Shown one piece after another: positions 58,455 to 64,000 of a stretch of 64,000 nt of DNA. Each line of letters begins with the position of its first letter. Positions within the stretch are counted from its first letter, which is position 1. The notes under the pieces were generated by a model. The model saw nothing but the letters and a program-made list of their open reading frames with translations, was not told the origin of the DNA and did not search any database. Both the position numbers and the translations under genes were made by a program. The stretch is from Abditibacterium sp. GTDB lineage: Bacteria; Armatimonadota; Abditibacteriia; Abditibacteriales; Abditibacteriaceae. The stretch spans positions 672,001 through 736,000 of the forward strand of contig CBDASK010000003.1 in NCBI GenBank assembly GCA_965199495.1. The letters run 5' to 3'.

Positions 58455-59435
58455 TTATTTTAACAAAACCAAACAACCGATATGTCCGCCAAACCCGTAA
58501 TTCACGCTCAAACTCGCCCCGATTTCTATCGCCCTACCCGGCCCAATAATCAAATCTAAATCAATCTCATCATCCACGTTTTCCAGATTCAACGTTGGCG
58601 GCGCCCAACCATTTTCCATCGCTTCCAAACACATAACCGCTTCGACGGCGCCCGCCGCGCCCATGAGATGTCCGGTTTGCGGCTTGGTCGAACTGACAGC
58701 CACGCCGCCGCCAAAGACGCGATTTAAAGCGCGCGCTTCGGTTAAATCGTTGATTGTCGCCGTGCCATGCGCGTTGATATAGTCAATTTTCGGTTCGCCC
58801 GCCATCTTCAATGCGCTGCGAATCGCGCGTTCAATCGAATCACCTGAGGGCGCCATTTGCGTGATGTGCGTGGCATCGCATGCGAAACTCCAACCGCCAA
58901 CAAATCCGTGAATCGCGAAATTATGCGCGCGCGCGAAGTCTTCGCGCGCCAACACCAAAAAGCCGCCGCCGTGATTCACGACAAAACCATCGCGGCGCGC
59001 ATCAAAGGGGCGCATCATTCCGCTTCGGGAAAGCGCGCCCATGTTGCGATAGGCCGCCGCGATCATCGGATGTTGCGGCGGTTCGAGCGCGCCCGCCAAA
59101 ACTAAATCGGCGTCGCCTTGCGCAATCCATTGCGCGCCCAGCGCGATGGCGTGCGTGCCCGACGCGCAGGCCGCGTTGGGCGCGCCGATGCGGCCACGCG
59201 CATCGAACTGGCGCGCGAGTTGTAAGGCGGGCGCGTCGGGAAAGGCGCCCGCGAAATCGCTGTTTTGCAATTGCGTCCAATCGCCTTTGGACGAAGTGAA
59301 ACACACCGATACGCGCGACGCGTCGGCAATCTGGGCGCGCAGGGGCGCAAAGGCGCGCTCAATTTGGGTTTCGAGCGCGTCCTGCGCACAATTTCGGTAG
59401 TGCGCTCCGGTAGCGAGAATGGCAACGCGCGTCAT
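58455..59435 (-). CDS. Beta-ketoacyl-ACP synthase (FabF-like, short N-terminus)
   Basis: AACASG, RPFDARRDGF, YINAHGTAT..ND..E, STK..TGHLMGAAG, NYGFGG. Confidence 0.85.
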   Translation of the reverse strand: MTRVAILATGAHYRNCAQDALETQIERAFAPLRAQIADASRVSVCFTSSKGDWTQLQNSDFAGAFPDAPALQLARQFDARGRIGAPNAACASGTHAIALGAQWIAQGDADLVLAGALEPPQHPMIAAAYRNMGALSRSGMMRPFDARRDGFVVNHGGGFLVLAREDFARAHNFAIHGFVGGWSFACDATHITQMAPSGDSIERAIRSALKMAGEPKIDYINAHGTATINDLTEARALNRVFGGGVAVSSTKPQTGHLMGAAGAVEAVMCLEAMENGWAPPTLNLENVDDEIDLDLIIGPGRAIEIGASLSVNYGFGGHIGCLVLLK

Positions 59436-59557
59436 GCGTCCAGCAGTTTAAGGCGCGAATAGAGATTAGCGAACTGAAAGCGGAGGGATTTTCATTGAAA
59501 TGTTTGCGTTAAAACTGGCCAGTGGCGCGGCATCTGCTAAATCGCAAGGCATTCTTT

Positions 59558-60172
59558 ATGGCTACTTCTCCCACCAATGCGATGCCCGCCGTGCCTTCGG
59601 ATAACGTGTTTCGGTTGCTACTGCTCGAAAACGATGAGACGACAGCCAATACGATACTGAGTTTTTTGGAGAAAACCGGCTTCGATTGTCAGGCCGCTTT
59701 CAGCGCCGAAGCGGGCATGGCGCTGTTCAAAAAGCAGGTGCCGCATCTGGTGATACTGCCCGCGTTGACGCCCAACATTGATGGCCACGCGTTTTGCCGT
59801 TGGGTGCGCGAACACAGCACGATTCCAATTTTGATGCGCGGCGTGGCGGATGAAAGCGCCGAAGTCGCCGCCTTTAAAATCGGCGCCGACGATTATCTGC
59901 CCGCACCGCTACGCCCTGCCGTGTTGATGGCGCGCGTCGTGGCTCATCTGCGGCGCGCCTATCGCTACAACGCGCCGCCCGAAAATCCATTTGGGCTGGA
60001 AGTAGAAGCGGACGCGCCCTCCAATGCGCTGCCCGCCGGTTGGGCCGAATGCGAACTCTGTGGACACCGCGCGCCGCGTCGCGTCTTCGAGAAAGAAGAT
60101 ATTATGGGACGCATGAAACTGATTTGCCCGCGCTGCAACGAAAGTGATCACGTTATTATTTCGATTGATTGA
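59558..60172 (+). CDS. Atypical receiver-domain protein with a C-terminal Zn ribbon
   Basis: LLLEND, HLVILP (Pro at the phospho-Asp position), GADDYL; CELC...CPRC. Confidence 0.75.
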   Translation: MATSPTNAMPAVPSDNVFRLLLLENDETTANTILSFLEKTGFDCQAAFSAEAGMALFKKQVPHLVILPALTPNIDGHAFCRWVREHSTIPILMRGVADESAEVAAFKIGADDYLPAPLRPAVLMARVVAHLRRAYRYNAPPENPFGLEVEADAPSNALPAGWAECELCGHRAPRRVFEKEDIMGRMKLICPRCNESDHVIISID

Positions 60173-60175
60173 GCG

Positions 60176-60295
60176 ACAGATTCACGCTTTGAGGGGAGCG
60201 GGGCTAACGCACCCTTCCAATCGGCATGAGGCCGAGGAAAGTCCCCCCGATTGGAAGGGTGCGTTAGCCCCGCTCCCCTCAAGGCGTGAATCTGT
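60176..60295. repeat. Palindromic element, GGGGCT(G/A)ACGCACCCTTCCAATCG family
   Basis: About 49-bp near-perfect arms ACAGATTCACGC...CCAATCGG / CCGATTGG...GCGTGAATCTGT. Confidence 0.93.
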
Positions 60296-60331
60296 AAATA
60301 GATACTGTGTTGGCCGTCAAGAGTTTTGGCG

Positions 60332-61336
60332 TTAATTTTTCAGCCCCTGCGCACAAAACTCGGCATCGAAGGGCTGACCGGACTTGAGCACGCCATAGGC
60401 CAACACCAGCAACTTGCGCATCGCAGCACCCAAGATCAGCATTTTACACTTGCCAGCCTGGGTCAAACGTTGCTTCAACTCGCTAATCACGGGATTGCAG
60501 CGCAGTGCCGTCATCGCCGGATAAAAGAGCGCTTTGCGCAGACGCGGCGAACCGACCTTAGACAGGCGCGGCTTGCCGCGCACGCTCGAACCCGATTCGC
60601 GCAAACACGGCGCTAATCCGGCAAACGCCGCGACCTGGCGCGCGTTCTCGAACTGCGCGATCTCGCCCAACTCGGCCAGGATCAATGCGGCTGTGGCCGC
60701 AGCGATGCCAGGAATCGAGCAGAGCAAACGCACGGATTCGTTCAACTCAGGATGCGCCTGGATGTGCTCTTTGATCTGGTCTTTGGTCGCCCCGATCTCC
60801 CGTTCGAGATAGTCGATGTGAGAGCGCAACGAGTGTTGAACGACCTCACAGGAGGTCACTTCCAGGCGGTTGGCTTCCATCTGCTTCATCTCCTGGAGCG
60901 TCTCGATGCGGCGCACCAGAGCTTGCAGATGCTCGATCTCCGGCGCGGGCGCCTTCCAGGGCGCGGGCCGGTGCAAAGCGCAAAAGCGGGCGATGAGTTG
61001 CGCATCGGCTTTGTCGGTTTTGGTGCGCTTGAGCTGGCTTTTGGCAAAGGCACGCACGGCAGCGGGGTTCACAACCGAGACAAGATGCCCGGCTTGGTGG
61101 AGCGCGCGCGCAAGGGCATCGCCGTAGATGCCGGTGGCTTCTAAACACGCGTGAAGCGTGGGCGCGGATGTGGGCGCTTCTGCACTGGTAGAAGGCAGCT
61201 CTTGCAACCAGTCGAGCAGAAGTTGATGGCCTTGCTCTGTGTTGGCGAAGACTTTGTGGCGCGTTTTGGCGGCGTCTGGGGTGGACAGAAACGCGGCATC
61301 GAGAGTCGCTTTGGAAACGTCTATTCCTAAAAACAT
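60332..61336 (-). CDS. IS110 DEDD recombinase/transposase
   Basis: GIDVSK, EATG, KTDKADA, SIPGI, ESGSS; GAGGAG RBS. Confidence 0.95.
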   Translation of the reverse strand: MFLGIDVSKATLDAAFLSTPDAAKTRHKVFANTEQGHQLLLDWLQELPSTSAEAPTSAPTLHACLEATGIYGDALARALHQAGHLVSVVNPAAVRAFAKSQLKRTKTDKADAQLIARFCALHRPAPWKAPAPEIEHLQALVRRIETLQEMKQMEANRLEVTSCEVVQHSLRSHIDYLEREIGATKDQIKEHIQAHPELNESVRLLCSIPGIAAATAALILAELGEIAQFENARQVAAFAGLAPCLRESGSSVRGKPRLSKVGSPRLRKALFYPAMTALRCNPVISELKQRLTQAGKCKMLILGAAMRKLLVLAYGVLKSGQPFDAEFCAQGLKN

Positions 61337-61384
61337 GAGATTCTCCTCAAACAAAGGGAAACCGAGGGGTTCTTGTTTTTATCT

Positions 61385-61550
61385 TGCAGCCAGCCTTGTC
61401 AATGCGAACTCTGTTGCAAGTCACAACTCGCAACGGCTCAAGATACTGTCCGGCTTGAAAAGACAAAAAAGAACAGGGACAAGAGGCGCAATTCTATCCA
61501 ACAGCTTGCAAGCAGCTCAGGCTCTTATCGGCGTCACTCTTGCCCCTACT
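61385..61550 (-). ncRNA. Predicted IS110 bridge RNA (ends approximate)
   Basis: Contains TAAGAGCCT and TGGATAG (target guides) plus ACAGTATCT and ACAAG (donor guides), in the order known for IS621. Confidence 0.85.
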
Positions 61551-61567
61551 ATTAACATACAAGGCTC

Positions 61568-61611
61568 TTAATCAAAGTTTCATCAAAATCTAATCGAACG
61601 TTAATTTACCC
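61568..61611 (+). promoter_or_regulatory. Pho-box-like 11-bp-period repeats upstream of pstS
   Basis: TTAATCAAAGT TTCATCAAAAT CTAATCGAACG TTAATTTACCC. Confidence 0.55.
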
Positions 61612-61648
61612 GGCTTAACATTGAAGTCGCTTCTTTAAGCGACTTCCA

Positions 61649-62683
61649 ATGAACAAATCTTTCTTTTCGGGCGCATCGTTGCGCCAGCGTCTTTTAACGA
61701 CCGGTGCCGTTGCGCTTACTCTGCCGTTTTTGGCACCCACCGCTCAGGCGCAAAACCTGAATGGCGCGGGCGCGACTTTTCCGGTCGCGATTTACACCAA
61801 GTGGTTCGATGTCTACGCCAAACAGACTGGCGTGCAAATCAATTATCAAGCGGTTGGTTCGGGCGCGGGCATCAAACAGCTCAAAGCCAACACGGTAGAT
61901 TTCGCCGGTTCAGACGCGCCGCTTTCCAACGCCGATCTGGCCGGAATGCCCGGCAAAGTCCTGCAAATCCCGACGGTCGCCGGTTCGGTCGCCGTGGCTT
62001 ATAACGTGAAAGGTCTGGGTTCGGGCTTGAGGTTGAGCGGCCCGGTGTTAGCCGATATTTTCGCGGGCAAAATCACCAAATGGAATGCGCCGCAAATCGC
62101 CGCGCTCAACGCGGGCAGAGCGCTTCCAGCGACCGGCATCAGCATCGCGCACCGCGCCGATGGTTCAGGCACCACCAATATTTTCACCTCTTATTTGAGC
62201 GCGGTTTCTCCTTCGTGGAAAGCGCAATTGGGCGCGGGCAAAACCGTGAGCTGGCCCGTCGGATTGGGTGGTAAAGGCAATGATGGAGTTGCCGCGATTA
62301 TCAAGCAGGGCAACGGCACCGTCGGCTATGTCGAACTGGCTTACGCTTCGCAAAACCATTTGACGGTCGCCGCGATGCGCAATAAATCGGGCAAATTCGT
62401 GATGCCATCGGTCGCCGCGACGACCGCCGCCGCGCAGGGCGCCGCCAAAGCCACCGCCAAAGACCCGCGCGCGCCGATCTTCAATCAGGGCGGCAACGCG
62501 TATCCTATCGCGGGCTACACATTTTTGATGTATTACGCGGGCAACAAAAATACCGCCAACGGCAAACAGCTCACTCGTTTTCTCAACTGGGCGATGGGTT
62601 CGGGCCAAAATTACGCCGCCGGTTTGCTTTATGCGCCCCTCCCCAAAGCCGTCGTCGCGAGCAACAAAAGCCGTCTGCGTTAA
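61649..62683 (+). CDS. pstS: Phosphate ABC transporter substrate-binding protein (Sec signal peptide)
   Basis: GAGATFP, YQAVGSGAG, DFAGSDAPL, HRADGSGTT, GKGNDGV. Confidence 0.95.
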   Translation: MNKSFFSGASLRQRLLTTGAVALTLPFLAPTAQAQNLNGAGATFPVAIYTKWFDVYAKQTGVQINYQAVGSGAGIKQLKANTVDFAGSDAPLSNADLAGMPGKVLQIPTVAGSVAVAYNVKGLGSGLRLSGPVLADIFAGKITKWNAPQIAALNAGRALPATGISIAHRADGSGTTNIFTSYLSAVSPSWKAQLGAGKTVSWPVGLGGKGNDGVAAIIKQGNGTVGYVELAYASQNHLTVAAMRNKSGKFVMPSVAATTAAAQGAAKATAKDPRAPIFNQGGNAYPIAGYTFLMYYAGNKNTANGKQLTRFLNWAMGSGQNYAAGLLYAPLPKAVVASNKSRLR

Positions 62684-62693
62684 TTAATTGATG

Positions 62694-62733
62694 CAAAAAT
62701 GCCCCACGAGCCGAAGTTCGCGGGGTATTTTTG
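62694..62733 (+). terminator. Intrinsic terminator-like hairpin
   Basis: CAAAAATGCCCCACGAGC-CGAA-GTTCGCGGGGTATTTTTG. Confidence 0.65.
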
Positions 62734-62861
62734 TTTCTGTATTGAGCAAAAATGGCTTTTGATCCGCATCAATTAAAACGGGCTTAACATTGCGGGCTTA
62801 ACATTGTGTTGTCTCCCTGTGGTTCGCGGCGAAAATGTCGTCCGAACTTTTTAAAATCAAC

Positions 62862-63911
62862 ATGAAAAATATGCTATCTTTGAGCGTCGCCGGACTTGCG
62901 CTCTCCTTTGCTCTGGTCGGTTGCGGCGGCAAATCAGCCACCGGCACGACGGGCGCCGCGTCGAGCGTCAAACTCAACGCGGCGGGCGCGACGTTCCCCT
63001 ACCAAATTTACACAAAATGGTTCGACGATTATAAAACCAAAACCGGCGTCGAGATCAATTATCAATCGGTCGGTTCGGGCGCGGGCATCAAACAGCTCAA
63101 AGCCCAGACGGTGGATTTCGCCGGTTCCGATGCGCCGCTCAAAGACAAAGATATGAAAGAGATGCCGTCGGAAGTCGTGCAATTTCCGTCGGTTGGCGGC
63201 GCGGTCGTCGTGGCTTATAGCGTCAAGGGCGCGCCCGCCGATTTGAAGTTGGACGGGCCAACTGTTGCCAAGATTTTCATGGGCACCATTACCAAATGGA
63301 ACGATCCGGCCATCGCCGCCGATAATCCCGGCGCGACATTGCCCGCGACGAGCATCAACACCGCGCACCGCTCCGATGGTTCGGGCACCACCAACATTTT
63401 CACGACTTATCTGTCGCAGATTTCGCCCGAATGGAAAGGCAAACTGGGCGCGGGCAAAACCGTGGATTGGCCCGTTGGCGTCGGCGGCAAAGGCAACGAT
63501 GGCGTCACCAGCGCCATTCAGCAGGGCGACGGCGGCATCGGTTATATCGAGCTGGCCTACGCGATGCAAAATAAACTCAACGTCGCTTCGGTCAAAAACG
63601 CGGCGGGCAAATTCGTCAAACCTTCGGTCGAGACCACGACGAGCGCCATCGAAGGCGCCCTCCCGCTCGTGCAAAAGGACATCACCGCGCCGATTTCCAA
63701 CGCGCCCGGCGACGCGGCTTACCCGATTTCGGCGCTGACCTACCTGCTGGTTTATAAGAAAGGTCAAAACCCGGATCAGACCAAAGCGACGGCTGACTTC
63801 CTGAAATGGGCGATGACCGACGGCCAGCCCGAAGCCGCCAAATTGAATTACGCGCCGCTTCCTAAAGCCCTCGTTGACATCAACATGAAAGCGATTGCTG
63901 AATTAAAATAA
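62862..63911 (+). CDS. pstS: Phosphate ABC transporter substrate-binding lipoprotein
   Basis: Lipobox LVGC; AAGATFP, YQSVGSGAG, HRSDGSGTT. Confidence 0.95.
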   Translation: MKNMLSLSVAGLALSFALVGCGGKSATGTTGAASSVKLNAAGATFPYQIYTKWFDDYKTKTGVEINYQSVGSGAGIKQLKAQTVDFAGSDAPLKDKDMKEMPSEVVQFPSVGGAVVVAYSVKGAPADLKLDGPTVAKIFMGTITKWNDPAIAADNPGATLPATSINTAHRSDGSGTTNIFTTYLSQISPEWKGKLGAGKTVDWPVGVGGKGNDGVTSAIQQGDGGIGYIELAYAMQNKLNVASVKNAAGKFVKPSVETTTSAIEGALPLVQKDITAPISNAPGDAAYPISALTYLLVYKKGQNPDQTKATADFLKWAMTDGQPEAAKLNYAPLPKALVDINMKAIAELK

Positions 63912-63918
63912 AGTTTTT

Positions 63919-64000
63919 GTAGAGACACCGACTTGTCGTGTCTAAAACGTCAGATTTGCCTTTACGGCCAAGCAAGTTCGACATTTTAGACACGACAAGT
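63919..64000. repeat. GTAG-family REP-like doublet variant, cut by the window end
   Basis: GTAGAGACACCGACTTGTCGTGTCTAAAA facing TTTTAGACACGACAAGT. Confidence 0.85.

Larger units (their letters stand above)
60300..61563 (-). mobile_element. Complete IS110-family element (IS621-like), CT core at both ends
   Basis: Minus-strand junctions TAAGAGC-CT-TGTAT (61570-61557) and ACAGTAT-CT-ATTTA (60308-60295); long 5' and short 3' non-coding ends. Confidence 0.93.

Noticed and set aside
1001..64000. CRISPR array
   Set aside because: The repeats are inverted pairs or dispersed copies. There is no run of direct repeats with unique spacers and no cas-like ORF.

Overview
A GC-rich bacterial chromosomal window. 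The gene content (UBact-proteasome genes, a prepilin/H-X9-DG protein, LPS heptose/KDO genes) suggests an Armatimonadota/Abditibacteriota-like organism; this is an inference. Main gene blocks: an LPS-precursor cluster with an unusual HldE-adenylyltransferase/KdsB fusion; a ubact-prcB-prcA operon whose pafA-like ligase is separated by an S8 protease gene and a broken IS5; five translationally coupled double-YbjQ (UPF0145) paralogs behind moaC; housekeeping genes (ugd, fumC, murJ); a c-di-GMP module; an accessory GNAT/kinase cluster next to tRNA-Glu; a biotin cluster with bioF and bioU; and tandem pstS genes. Structure that the genes do not explain: (i) a GxxExxY PD-(D/E)xK-like gene bracketed by 43-bp inverted repeats, whose arms recur twice elsewhere as gene-less hairpins (candidate autonomous plus non-autonomous mobile system); (ii) a palindromic repeat inserted in frame inside bioF; (iii) a complete IS110 whose bridge-RNA guides can be read from the sequence and match its own target and donor junctions; (iv) about seven unrelated families of long intergenic palindromes. 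All product calls come from motif recognition, not database searches.
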